A DNA stretch of 46,324 bases from an uncultured Candidatus Saccharibacteria bacterium (GCA_964484315.1 CAZAEF010000001.1:1-46324), one strand, 5' to 3'. Positions 17,094 to 25,545 are shown, numbered from the stretch's first letter. Numbers and translations are program-made. Notes: generated by a model not told the origin, from the letters alone.

Positions 17094-18113
17094 ATGACAA
17101 TAGAAGAGAATAAAAGCATGAAAGAATATACGACATTTAGAATCGGAGGACCTGCCCGATTTTTTTGTACTGTACGCCACGAAGATGAGTTTATGCAAGC
17201 GCTAGAATACGCGCTAGAAAAAGGCGTCCCAATTTTCATTCTCGGAGGAGGATCAAACATTCTAGTTTCAGACACAGGTTTTGCAGGACTTGTCATAAAG
17301 ATGGAAATAAAAGGAATTCGATTCACTGACGATACGCATGGCAACGCGCGCGTGACCGCACATGCTGGAGATGATTGGGATCATCTTGTAGATGAGACTG
17401 TCAGAAGCGGACTCTATGGTCTGGAAAACCTCTCACTCATTCCAGGGTCTGTCGGCGCCGCGCCAGTACAGAATATTGGAGCGTATGGTAGTGAGGTGAA
17501 GGATACTATCGATCATGTCCGGGTCTATGATAGAGAAAAGAAAGAATTTATCACAATCCTCAACTATGATTGTCATTTTGGATATAGGACAAGCGCATTC
17601 AAGGATAATCCATATCGCTATATTATTATTTCCGTTACATTTATTTTGAAAAAATTAGGAAAAGTGAATATAGAATATAGAGATCTCAGAGAGTATTTTG
17701 TAAAGATAGGACAATTGCAACCGACCATTGCCGAAGTTCGCAAGGCGGTGATCAGCATACGCACAGCCAAACTTCCAGATATTGCAAAGATAGGTACAGC
17801 AGGATCATTTTTCAAGAATCCCGTCATTTCCCATTCGCAAGCTCATGAGCTCAAAGTGAAATACACAGATATACCTCTCTATCCAATCAATGAAGAGTAT
17901 GTAAAAGTTTCTCTAGCCTGGATAATAGACAAAGTCTGTGGATATAGGGGGGTGACGCGAGGTGAAGTGGGAACATACAGGAACCAAGCGCTTGTTATTG
18001 TAAATAACGGAAATGCCACTGCGCGTGAAGTGATCGCTTTCGCAGAAGAATTAAAAAATAGTATAAAAGAAAAAACAAATATCGTCGCGGAGTTTGAAGT
18101 GCAGATAATTTAG
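17094..18113 (+). CDS. murB: UDP-N-acetylenolpyruvoylglucosamine reductase
   Basis: FAD-binding TFRIGGPARFF, GGGSNIL and C-terminal AGSFFKNP motifs. Confidence 0.9.
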   Translation: MTIEENKSMKEYTTFRIGGPARFFCTVRHEDEFMQALEYALEKGVPIFILGGGSNILVSDTGFAGLVIKMEIKGIRFTDDTHGNARVTAHAGDDWDHLVDETVRSGLYGLENLSLIPGSVGAAPVQNIGAYGSEVKDTIDHVRVYDREKKEFITILNYDCHFGYRTSAFKDNPYRYIIISVTFILKKLGKVNIEYRDLREYFVKIGQLQPTIAEVRKAVISIRTAKLPDIAKIGTAGSFFKNPVISHSQAHELKVKYTDIPLYPINEEYVKVSLAWIIDKVCGYRGVTRGEVGTYRNQALVIVNNGNATAREVIAFAEELKNSIKEKTNIVAEFEVQII

Positions 18114-18217
18114 TGAGAGGTTATCCACTTATTTTCTAAAAAATCATTGTAATAAATTTTATTTGCTTCATAATGATGAATAAGTAGTGTGAGTAAAGTC
18201 GTAACTTACATGCTTCG

Positions 18218-18245
18218 TTAGAAGCAAGTCAAAAAAGTATATACT
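18218..18245 (+). promoter_or_regulatory. Promoter TTAGAA-16-TATACT
   Basis: -35 at 18218-23, -10 at 18240-45, and 7 nt to ATG 18253. Confidence 0.4.
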
Positions 18246-18252
18246 CAATCAT

Positions 18253-18327
18253 ATGGCAGCAAAAAAAAGAAAGGTAGCAAAGAAGACTACAAAGAAATCA
18301 AAGAAGAGCAAGAAGTCTCGCAAATAG
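18253..18327 (+). CDS. 24-aa lysine-rich micro-ORF (MAAKKRKVAKKTTKKSKKSKKSRK)
   Basis: Hand-translated ATG 18253 to TAG 18325-27. It has its own -10 box 7 nt upstream and a long hairpin plus T-run downstream. Too short for the supplied ORF track. Confidence 0.4.
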   Translation: MAAKKRKVAKKTTKKSKKSKKSRK

Positions 18328-18335
18328 TCTTTCGA

Positions 18336-18375
18336 AAAACAGCGATATCTAGAAGAAGATAAGCTGTTTTTCTTT
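18336..18375 (+). terminator. Intrinsic terminator
   Basis: AAAACAGC (18336-43) pairs with GCTGTTTT (18363-70). An inner helix ATATCT/AGATA-like adds 5 bp. Followed by a T-run. Confidence 0.6.
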
Positions 18376-18425
18376 GTCTGATTTTTATTTCAATTATCCT
18401 TGAAATATGATAAAGTAGGTCAATT

Positions 18426-20927
18426 ATGGCGTTTATATTGAAGAATATCTTCGGAGATCCCAACAAGAAAGCCCTCAAGACCTATGCGCCTATCGTAGCG
18501 AAGGTCAACGCTTTCGAATCTGCTATTTCTGCATTGTCAGACGAAGCTCTCAAAGCGAAGACCCCTGAGTTCCGAGCTCGTCTAGCAAAAGGCGAGACTA
18601 TCGATGCTATCCTGCCCGAAGCTTTTGCTGTTGTGCGTGAAGCTTCTAGGAGAACTCTCGGACAGAGACATTTCGATGTACAGCTCATCGGAGGAGCGAT
18701 CTTACATAATGGAAATATTGCCGAGATGCGTACAGGTGAAGGTAAGACTCTCGTGGCAACACTTCCTGCATATCTCAATGCTCTTGGCGAACAAGGAGTA
18801 GGAAAAGGGGTGCATATAATCACGGTGAATGACTATCTCTCACGTCGTGATGCAGTATGGATGGGTCAGATCTACTCAGCTCTGGGACTGTCAGTAGGGG
18901 TGATCAATTATGAGTCTTCATTTATATACGATCCTGCTCATACGGACAAAGACAAGGAGCTTGATAAGAAGCGTGATGACACTGGAGCTTTCCATGTCGT
19001 CCACGAATTCCTCCGACCAGTCTCTCGTCGTGAAGCATATGCAACAGATATTACCTATGGTACGAACAATGAATTCGGTTTCGATTATCTCCGTGACAAT
19101 CTCGAATACGAAGAAAGCAATCTTCGTCAGAGAGAGTTCAATTATGCCATCGTGGATGAGATCGATTCTATCCTCATAGATGAAGCTCGCACACCACTCA
19201 TTATTTCTTCACCGACTACAGATTCGGAGAATCTCTATCAAGTATTTTCTAGTATTGCAAATGACTTATCTGAGACAGTCGACTATACCAAGGATGAGAA
19301 ACATAAGTCCATTGCCCTCACGCCAGCAGGAATAGAAAAAGTGGAGAAAAAACTTGGCATTGGAAATATCTATACAGAAAAAGGAATAAAATATGTGCAT
19401 CACCTCGAGACGGCTGTGCGAGCCAAGGCACTTTTCCATCTCAATAAAGAATATGTGGTCAAGGAGGATCAGATCGTCATTGTCGATGAATTTACCGGAC
19501 GACTCCAACCAGGACGCCGTTGGTCAGAAGGTCTTCATCAGGCTATCGAAGCCAAGGAAGGTGTGACAGTGCAGAAAGAATCTCGCACATTTGCCTCGAT
19601 CACATTTCAGAATTATTTCCGTCTCTACAAGAAACTTTCTGGTATGACTGGTACAGCCGCCACATCGAGTGAGGAATTCTACAAAGTCTATGGTCTAGAC
19701 ACTATCATCGTTCCTACGAATAAAAATATCACTCGCAAGGATCATAACGACTTCATCTTTCAGACAGAGCTTGGAAAATTCAAGGCTATTGCTCGCAAGG
19801 TCAAGGAACTCAATCAGAAAGGTCAGCCAGTGCTTGTTGGTACAGTATCGATAGAGAAGAACGAAGTGCTTTCACAATTCCTAAAGGCTGAAGGCGTTCC
19901 ACATGAAGTCCTCAATGCAAAGAATCATGAAAGAGAAGGAGAAATAATCGCGCAAGCGGGTAAAAAGGGAGGTGTTACTATAGCTACGAACATGGCTGGT
20001 CGCGGAGTGGATATCAAGCTCGGAGGAAATCCTGGGAGCGTGGGTATGTACGAAGAAGTGAAATCTGTCGGTGGTCTCTTCGTCCTCGGTACAGAGAGAC
20101 ATGAAGCGAGACGCATCGACAATCAGCTCCGTGGACGATCTGGAAGACAGGGCGATCCGGGAGAGACACAGTTCTTCATCTCACTAGAAGATTCTCTCAT
20201 GCGAGTATTCGCAAGTGATACCGTGAAGAATCTCATGGGCAAGCTCGGCGTGCGTGATGATGAGGCGATCGAGAATCGTATTATTACGAAATCTCTCGAG
20301 AGTGCACAGTCGAAAATCGAGGGGTTCAATTTTGACTCTCGCAAGCATATCCTCGAATATGATGATATTCTCAATCATCAGCGCAAGACTATATATGAGC
20401 GTCGCAGAGCTATTCTCATAGGGGATTATGATATGGTTGAAACGCGGTTCATGGAAGTTGTCGGTGACAATACTGATCTCAAGAAAGTAATAGAAGAGAA
20501 GATCACTCTCATGGGTCGTGAGCGATTCCTCCAGACTGCGCGTCAGCTCATGCTCCAAGCTATCGATATGTTCTGGGTTGAACATCTCGAGGTCATGGAC
20601 TATACGCGTTCGAGTGTGAATCTCCGTGCATATGGTCAGCGCGATCCTCTAGTCGAGTACAAGAGAGAGGGACTAAGACTTTTCAAGGAAATGCAATCCG
20701 CCATCGATACTCAGATTATAAATCTCATACCTCATATGGGTGCAGGTATGGCCAATCCAGAAGCGGTGCAATTGCAAGAAGTGCATGATCAAGCTCAAGA
20801 AATAGGTAGTGGGGATGGCAATGCAAATATTCAAAATCAATCCGTATTGAAAAAATCAGAAGTTGGAAGAAATGAACTTTGTCCATGCGGAAGTGGCAAG
20901 AAGTATAAGAAATGTCATGGGAAGTAG
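18426..20927 (+). CDS. secA: Preprotein translocase ATPase SecA
   Basis: MRTGEGKTLVATLPAYLNAL, DEIDSILIDEARTPLIIS, TNMAGRGVDIKLGG and the C-terminal zinc motif CPCGSGKKYKKCHG. Confidence 0.95.
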   Translation: MAFILKNIFGDPNKKALKTYAPIVAKVNAFESAISALSDEALKAKTPEFRARLAKGETIDAILPEAFAVVREASRRTLGQRHFDVQLIGGAILHNGNIAEMRTGEGKTLVATLPAYLNALGEQGVGKGVHIITVNDYLSRRDAVWMGQIYSALGLSVGVINYESSFIYDPAHTDKDKELDKKRDDTGAFHVVHEFLRPVSRREAYATDITYGTNNEFGFDYLRDNLEYEESNLRQREFNYAIVDEIDSILIDEARTPLIISSPTTDSENLYQVFSSIANDLSETVDYTKDEKHKSIALTPAGIEKVEKKLGIGNIYTEKGIKYVHHLETAVRAKALFHLNKEYVVKEDQIVIVDEFTGRLQPGRRWSEGLHQAIEAKEGVTVQKESRTFASITFQNYFRLYKKLSGMTGTAATSSEEFYKVYGLDTIIVPTNKNITRKDHNDFIFQTELGKFKAIARKVKELNQKGQPVLVGTVSIEKNEVLSQFLKAEGVPHEVLNAKNHEREGEIIAQAGKKGGVTIATNMAGRGVDIKLGGNPGSVGMYEEVKSVGGLFVLGTERHEARRIDNQLRGRSGRQGDPGETQFFISLEDSLMRVFASDTVKNLMGKLGVRDDEAIENRIITKSLESAQSKIEGFNFDSRKHILEYDDILNHQRKTIYERRRAILIGDYDMVETRFMEVVGDNTDLKKVIEEKITLMGRERFLQTARQLMLQAIDMFWVEHLEVMDYTRSSVNLRAYGQRDPLVEYKREGLRLFKEMQSAIDTQIINLIPHMGAGMANPEAVQLQEVHDQAQEIGSGDGNANIQNQSVLKKSEVGRNELCPCGSGKKYKKCHGK

Positions 20928-20951
20928 GATATCAGTATACACATATTCAAT

Positions 20952-22346
20952 ATGAGCCCTACCATATTTATCATCTTCGGAATCACAGGTGACCTTTCTC
21001 TCCGCAAGCTTCTTCCGTCTCTCCTTAACCTCTATGTGAACAAGCGTCTTCCAGAAAAATTCGCTATTGTCGGTTTTTCTCGTCGTACATTCACCCGCGA
21101 GGAATTTCGTGAATACATCCGCGAACACATGAAGGTAAGATCTGGTGAATATCACGAAGAAGATATAAAGCACTTCATTGATCATATGTATTATGAACAA
21201 GGATTCTTCGACATAGGAGCTTCGTATGCGAACCTTGCCATGAGACTGAAGATTATCGACGATGGTTTCCATCAATGTTCGAACAAACTCTTTCATCTAG
21301 CCGTCGCCCCATCATTCTATGAGACAATACTCGAACATCTCTCTAATTCTGGATTGACCATACCTTGTGGAGGAAATGAAGGCTGGACTCGTGTACTCGT
21401 GGAGAAACCTTTCGGTCATGATATAGAGACAGCGCGCAAGCTCGATAAGAGACTGGGACAACTCTTCGATGAAGAGCAGATATTCCGCATCGATCATTAT
21501 CTCGCAAAGGAAGCTTTGCAGAATATCATGGCGTTTCGATTTACCAATACAATATTCGAACCGCTATGGAGTGGAGAACATATAGAAGCTGTTCATATCA
21601 AGCTTCTAGAAAAGAATGGTATAGAAGGTCGTGGTGGATTCTATGATGATATAGGAGCTTTGAAGGATGTCGGACAGAATCATATACTTCAGATGCTTGC
21701 TCTTGTAGCTATGGAACCACCAGAAAGTTTCGATGCTATATCTATAAGAAAGCAACGGGCCAAACTCATCAGCAAATTAAAACTTATGACGGCGAAAAAT
21801 GTCGGTGATTATGTCATACGAGGACAATATGAAGGATATGCGAATGAAAAGGGGGTCAAGAGGAATAGCAGAACAGAAACATACTTCCGTGTTGAAGCGC
21901 ATATTGATTCTCCTCGTTGGAAGAATGTACCTTTCTATCTAGAAAGTGGCAAGGCTCTTTCTGAATCGAAATCAGAAATTGATGTATATTTTAAAAATGA
22001 AAAATCAAAGATTCACGGGGGGATGCCGGATCTTTCGCAGAATATTCTCACATTTCGCATACAGCCAGACGAGGGTATCAAGATTCGCTTCTTCGTGAAG
22101 ACTCCTGGTTTCGATATGAAAGTGGCGCCGAAAACGCTCAAGTTCAAGTACAGCGACAGTCCAACATTTCAGGAATTACCTGATGCTTATGAGAGAGTCC
22201 TCTACGACGCTATCATGGGGGATCAAACTCTCTTCACGAGTACAGAGGAAGTTCTCCAAGCATGGAAATATATAACTTCAATTGTGCAATCTTGGAGTTC
22301 ATTGCCACTCATGACTTATAAAAAGGGTTCGGATACTGTGATATAA
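20952..22346 (+). CDS. zwf: Glucose-6-phosphate 1-dehydrogenase
   Basis: IFGITGDLSLRKLLPSL, EKPFGHD, RIDHYLAKE. Confidence 0.9.
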   Translation: MSPTIFIIFGITGDLSLRKLLPSLLNLYVNKRLPEKFAIVGFSRRTFTREEFREYIREHMKVRSGEYHEEDIKHFIDHMYYEQGFFDIGASYANLAMRLKIIDDGFHQCSNKLFHLAVAPSFYETILEHLSNSGLTIPCGGNEGWTRVLVEKPFGHDIETARKLDKRLGQLFDEEQIFRIDHYLAKEALQNIMAFRFTNTIFEPLWSGEHIEAVHIKLLEKNGIEGRGGFYDDIGALKDVGQNHILQMLALVAMEPPESFDAISIRKQRAKLISKLKLMTAKNVGDYVIRGQYEGYANEKGVKRNSRTETYFRVEAHIDSPRWKNVPFYLESGKALSESKSEIDVYFKNEKSKIHGGMPDLSQNILTFRIQPDEGIKIRFFVKTPGFDMKVAPKTLKFKYSDSPTFQELPDAYERVLYDAIMGDQTLFTSTEEVLQAWKYITSIVQSWSSLPLMTYKKGSDTVI

Positions 22347-22363
22347 TTGCAATATTACATAAG

Positions 22364-23086
22364 ATGTATAAGTTTTTCATACTAGTATTTTTTCTAGCAG
22401 GATCTGGATTGACTGCATATGCCCAGTCTACTCCTATTCTGAATGCTGGTCTTGTATCAGATATATGGTATTCATCTTCTTCTGTTACAGAGGGAGATAT
22501 AATAAAGATATATAGCGGGGTCTACAATAGTTCACAGAGTAAGGTCACTGGTATGGTTACGTACTTTGTTGATGCCATAGAAGTTGGCAAAACGACATTT
22601 TCTTCTGAGCCTAAGAGTCTCATACAGATAGAGACTGGATGGACTGCCACTGCTGGCGATCATAAGGTCAAGGTGAAGATCAGCACTTCTACAGCTAACC
22701 TTGCTCAAATAGAGAGCAATGAAGAATGGTTATCTGTCCAAAAGAAGATTACAAAAGAGAGTGTGCAGAAAGATGTACAATCTGTGGTGAAGAAGGCTGT
22801 GGCTACGATTGATCCCATAGCAGAAAAGATTGCAGATAATATAGATGGTCTGAAGGATAAGCTCGGCGTGGATACTGTAGTGGGGAATTCGACAAGCACC
22901 GATAGAGATAAGAGAAAAATAACAGATTCAGATTTATCAAAAGTAAACAAAATAAAGAATAAAGTTCTGGGAGGACTCATCGATGGGTCTAGCTATATTG
23001 TCAGACATTGGATATGGAGTATTCCTGTGATTATCCTTCTCTACTTTATTATTAGGAGAAGGAGAGAAAAGAAAAGTTGGTGGTAG
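22364..23086 (+). CDS. Hypothetical secreted / C-terminally anchored protein
   Basis: Signal-like MYKFFILVFFLAGSGLTAYA. C-terminal hydrophobic WIWSIPVIILLYFII followed by RRRREKKSWW. No family recognised. Confidence 0.6.
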   Translation: MYKFFILVFFLAGSGLTAYAQSTPILNAGLVSDIWYSSSSVTEGDIIKIYSGVYNSSQSKVTGMVTYFVDAIEVGKTTFSSEPKSLIQIETGWTATAGDHKVKVKISTSTANLAQIESNEEWLSVQKKITKESVQKDVQSVVKKAVATIDPIAEKIADNIDGLKDKLGVDTVVGNSTSTDRDKRKITDSDLSKVNKIKNKVLGGLIDGSSYIVRHWIWSIPVIILLYFIIRRRREKKSWW

Positions 23087-23135
23087 GGAATAAGCGGGAG
23101 GTTTTATAAATTATATACATAAGGTCAGATACATA

Positions 23136-23164
23136 TTGCATTATTTACTTCATCATGATAATCT
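23136..23164 (+). promoter_or_regulatory. Promoter TTGCAT-17-TAATCT with TG extension
   Basis: -35 at 23136-41, TG at 23156-57, -10 at 23159-64. Confidence 0.5.
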
Positions 23165-23170
23165 ATTGCA

Positions 23171-23455
23171 CAGACCATGAAAAATATGGATCCTCTGCAA
23201 CGCTTCAAAGCGTGTTGGTATGTAGAAGTCACATTCCTTGGCGCCACAGTGTCCTATGAATTCATCAAGGAAGTAGCGGAGGTTCTCAGCTTTGCAGTAC
23301 ATCAGGTGGTGTCTCGGTGCAATCGAAAGTTTGATACCGCCCCCTGCAACAGGACGTACACAGGCCTTAAGGACCTGTGAGAACCTTGTTTCCCCGATTA
23401 ACTAAACTCAAAAGTGAAGACCGTCGCGTGTACGCGTGGCGGTCTTTCTATTTTA
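23171..23455 (+). ncRNA. Candidate structured RNA, unit A (family not recognised; overlaps a 67-aa ORF 23177..23380)
   Basis: Bounded by a promoter and a terminator. Nested helices 23281-88/23378-85, 23292-97/23344-49, 23305-13/23333-41 and 23361-66/23371-77, plus two 5' hairpins. Confidence 0.45.
23418..23454 (+). terminator. Intrinsic terminator of unit A
   Basis: AGACCG/CGGTCT outer stem and CGCG-TGTA-CGCG inner stem (23418-45), then TTTCTATTTT. Confidence 0.65.
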
Positions 23456-23483
23456 GGTATTTTATAAGGGGATACGAGTGGTA

Positions 23484-23544
23484 TTGACAGACTTATACGA
23501 GTGTGCTAGCTTGTTTGACAGATAGCAATCTGTATTGTTATTTA
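23484..23544 (+). promoter_or_regulatory. Two tandem TTGACA promoters
   Basis: TTGACA 23484-89 -17- TAGCTT 23507-12. TTGACA 23515-20 -18- TATTTA 23539-44 with TG at 23536-37. ATACGAGTG (23472-80, 23495-503) and TTGACAGA (23484-91, 23515-22) are each duplicated. Confidence 0.45.
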
Positions 23545-23550
23545 GCCATA

Positions 23551-24085
23551 ACATAAATAAAATGGCTCTTTGTAATAAATAAACCAAACAGGTATAAACG
23601 CCTTGGGGAAACCCTAAAGACGAAGGATACGTACAATGAAACTGTTACGATTCACCCTGGTCGCGCTTTCGCCTGGCCTTCTCTTGAACCCTGCGACTCC
23701 GGAACTCCTGGATACGTTGCGGACCAAGAAGCCGGTGCAAAAACGTACCGATTGGACCGTTGAAGCCGAAGCTGGCACGAGGCTCTACCGTTCGGAAGAA
23801 GGCAAAATGGGCCTCCTGGCAAGTCCCGTCCGCTACCGTCGGGTAGAGTCTGGAGCAACAAGAATTTTTCTTGTCGCTATACTATCAGGCCCAGTGTTGT
23901 CCCGCAGTCTAGCGTCCGTCAGTGTAAACTAATGCCAAGTCTTGTCCGTCACACCGTTCCAATGAGCGTGAGGTATTTATCTTTCGCTTTCTCAATTGCC
24001 GTGCCGCAGCGTGCCGTTCAGTGCTCTGTAGTAAAGCGTGGTTCGGAGCGGTTGATCGTAATAGATCAACCGCTTCTTCTTTTTA
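23551..24085 (+). ncRNA. Candidate large structured RNA, unit B (family not recognised; overlaps a 98-aa ORF 23636..23932). The 5' end is approximate
   Basis: GC-rich core of 55-60% G+C by hand count in 23641-23820, against 25% just upstream. Multiple nested helices. Strong terminator at the 3' end. Confidence 0.45.
24047..24085 (+). terminator. Intrinsic terminator of unit B
   Basis: An 11-bp stem AGCGGTTGATC / GATCAACCGCT (24047-57 / 24064-74), loop GTAATA, then TCTTCTTTTTATTT. Confidence 0.8.
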
Positions 24086-24093
24086 TTTCCACA

Positions 24094-24102
24094 TGATAGA
24101 CT
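24094..24102 (+). promoter_or_regulatory. Extended -10 TGaTAGACT
   Basis: TG at 24094-95, TAGACT at 24097-102, and 6 nt to the ychF ATG at 24109. Confidence 0.4.
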
Positions 24103-24108
24103 CATTCC

Positions 24109-25206
24109 ATGTCCCTATCCATCGGCATCGTCGGTCTCCCAAACGTCGGTAAATCGACACTTTTCAACGCTCTTACGAAAAAGAGTGTGCTAGCCGCCAA
24201 CTATCCTTTTGCAACTATTGATCCATCTGTAGGAGTCGTTGCTGTTCCGGATGATCGTCTATACAAGCTTGCAGATTTTTCTAAGACACAGAAGATTGTT
24301 CCTGCAGTTGTGGAATTTGTCGATATTGCCGGTCTTGTAAAAGGCGCTTCAGAAGGTGAAGGACTCGGCAATCAATTCCTCACCAATATCCGCGAGACAG
24401 ATGCTATCGCTGAAGTTGTACGTATTTTCGACGATGAAAATATTATTCATGTTGATGGCAAAATAAATCCTATCAGTGATATCGAAGTTATTAATCTCGA
24501 ACTCATTCTTGCAGACATGCAGACGGTTTCGAAGCGACTCAAGAACCTTATTCCAAATGTAAAGAAGGGAGACAAGATTGCAATCATAGAGAATGAGGCG
24601 CTTGCGCGTCTTGATAAAGCATTTCAAGAAGGACGAATGGCACGCACAGTCGTGCTGAATGAGTTCGAGGCACCACTTGTGAAGCAACTCAATCTACTCA
24701 CAATGAAACCTATACTCTATGTTCTCAATAAGAAAGCAGGTGGACGCAATCTCGATGAGATGAAAGATGAGAGATTCACGGCACTTATAGAATTTATGAA
24801 AAAGACGAATTCGAATTATGTCATTGTCGATGCAAAAATAGAGGAAGATCTAAAGGATATGGTCGGAGAAGAAAAAGACATGTTTCGAACAGAGCTCGGA
24901 GGTAAGGACGATGGTATCAATGATTTAATTAAAGAAGGTTACAAGATGTTGAACCTCATCACTTATTTTACAACTGGAGAAAAAGAGACACGGGCATGGA
25001 CAATTATAAATGGTTGGACAGCGCCACTTGCAGGAACGGCTATACATACAGATTTCAAGGATAAATTTATTCGTGCAGAAGTCATAGAATGGGACAAACT
25101 TATCGAGGCAGGGTCATTCGGTGTGGCTCGTGAGAAAGGATTGCTACGCACAGAAGGGAAGGAATATGTGGTGAAGGATGGGGATGTGATGGAGTTTAGG
25201 ATTTAG
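24109..25206 (+). CDS. ychF: Ribosome-binding ATPase YchF
   Basis: [19 protein letters not shown]-loop and C-terminal TGS-like [17 protein letters not shown]. Confidence 0.9.
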   Translation: MSLSIGIVGLPNVGKSTLFNALTKKSVLAANYPFATIDPSVGVVAVPDDRLYKLADFSKTQKIVPAVVEFVDIAGLVKGASEGEGLGNQFLTNIRETDAIAEVVRIFDDENIIHVDGKINPISDIEVINLELILADMQTVSKRLKNLIPNVKKGDKIAIIENEALARLDKAFQEGRMARTVVLNEFEAPLVKQLNLLTMKPILYVLNKKAGGRNLDEMKDERFTALIEFMKKTNSNYVIVDAKIEEDLKDMVGEEKDMFRTELGGKDDGINDLIKEGYKMLNLITYFTTGEKETRAWTIINGWTAPLAGTAIHTDFKDKFIRAEVIEWDKLIEAGSFGVAREKGLLRTEGKEYVVKDGDVMEFRI

Positions 25207-25459
25207 CTACTCCCACCAACCCATATTGCCTCTACTTGTGAAAAATGGTAACCTAATCCCGTATGCGTTTTCGACAGCACTGTAATCATTACCAAACCTC
25301 TCATAACGGAGGTCGCCAGTACAGGGCTTGTTCATTCTTCCACAGATTGGCACATTTCTTTTGGTGGAATCGAATATAGCCTTCCATCAGTCTTACCAGA
25401 CAAAATCAGAAGAACGATAGTTCAACAGAAGCCTGCGTCTCACGACAGCGGGTTTTTTT
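25207..25459 (+). other. Gene-free 250-nt ychF 3' region with long-range pairings, ending in a terminator (possible structured RNA)
   Basis: CCACCAA 25213-19 pairs with TTGGTGG 25361-67. TGGTAA 25246-51 pairs with TTACCA 25289-94. Hairpin 25296-300/25309-13. No ORF of 60 aa or more on the plus strand. Confidence 0.3.
25432..25459 (+). terminator. Intrinsic terminator
   Basis: CCTGCGTC / GAC(A)GCGGG stem, loop TCAC, followed by T7 (25453-59). Confidence 0.7.
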
Positions 25460-25545
25460 ATTATTCGACTATTACTCTCCGTATTACTGTATTATCCTTT
25501 CAAAATCTAGCACCTTTCAATCATTTATTGTATGATGTGAGCATT

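Noticed and set aside
23281-23385. Resemblance of unit A to a cobalamin riboswitch (GGTGCAATCG.., ..CCCCCTGCAACAG.., ..GGACCTG as a B12-box-like string)
   Set aside because: The GGGAA element is not adjacent to the GGTG segment. The highly conserved GCCACTG is replaced by GCAACAG. The B12-box match is only GACCTG. No regulated transporter or cobalamin gene follows. The similarity is probably chance.
23636-23932. The 98-aa ORF with AAGGA-N8-ATG and a signal-like N-terminus, taken as an ordinary CDS
   Set aside because: Its third-codon positions are strongly G/C-rich, unlike every confident gene in the window. Neighbouring genes do not use SD sequences. About 115 nt of equally GC-rich sequence continues past its stop to the terminator. 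I kept it as an alternative reading inside the unit B finding rather than as a feature.
23600-24046. Unit B as RNase P RNA, tmRNA or SRP RNA
   Set aside because: GGCAAGTCCCG (23818-28) resembles the P4 strand GGAAAGTCCGG, but no complementary ..CGGGACTT.. strand exists and its position is wrong. There is no GGGG..5' end or ..TTCGA..CCACCA tRNA-like 3' end for tmRNA. The GGAA-tetraloop hairpin at 23791-800 lacks the flanking GGUCC/AGCAGC SRP domain IV motif. All of this was checked by eye only, so a covariance-model scan is still needed.
25355-25459. A T-box leader for leuS (TTGGTGGAATCG against the T-box GGGTGGTACCGCG, followed by a terminator)
   Set aside because: Only a partial match. I found no recognisable Stem I, specifier loop, AG bulge or K-turn elements. 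The putative T-box lies about 60 nt from the terminator rather than overlapping it. A TATGAT -10 box sits between the terminator and the leuS ATG, so leuS need not depend on read-through.
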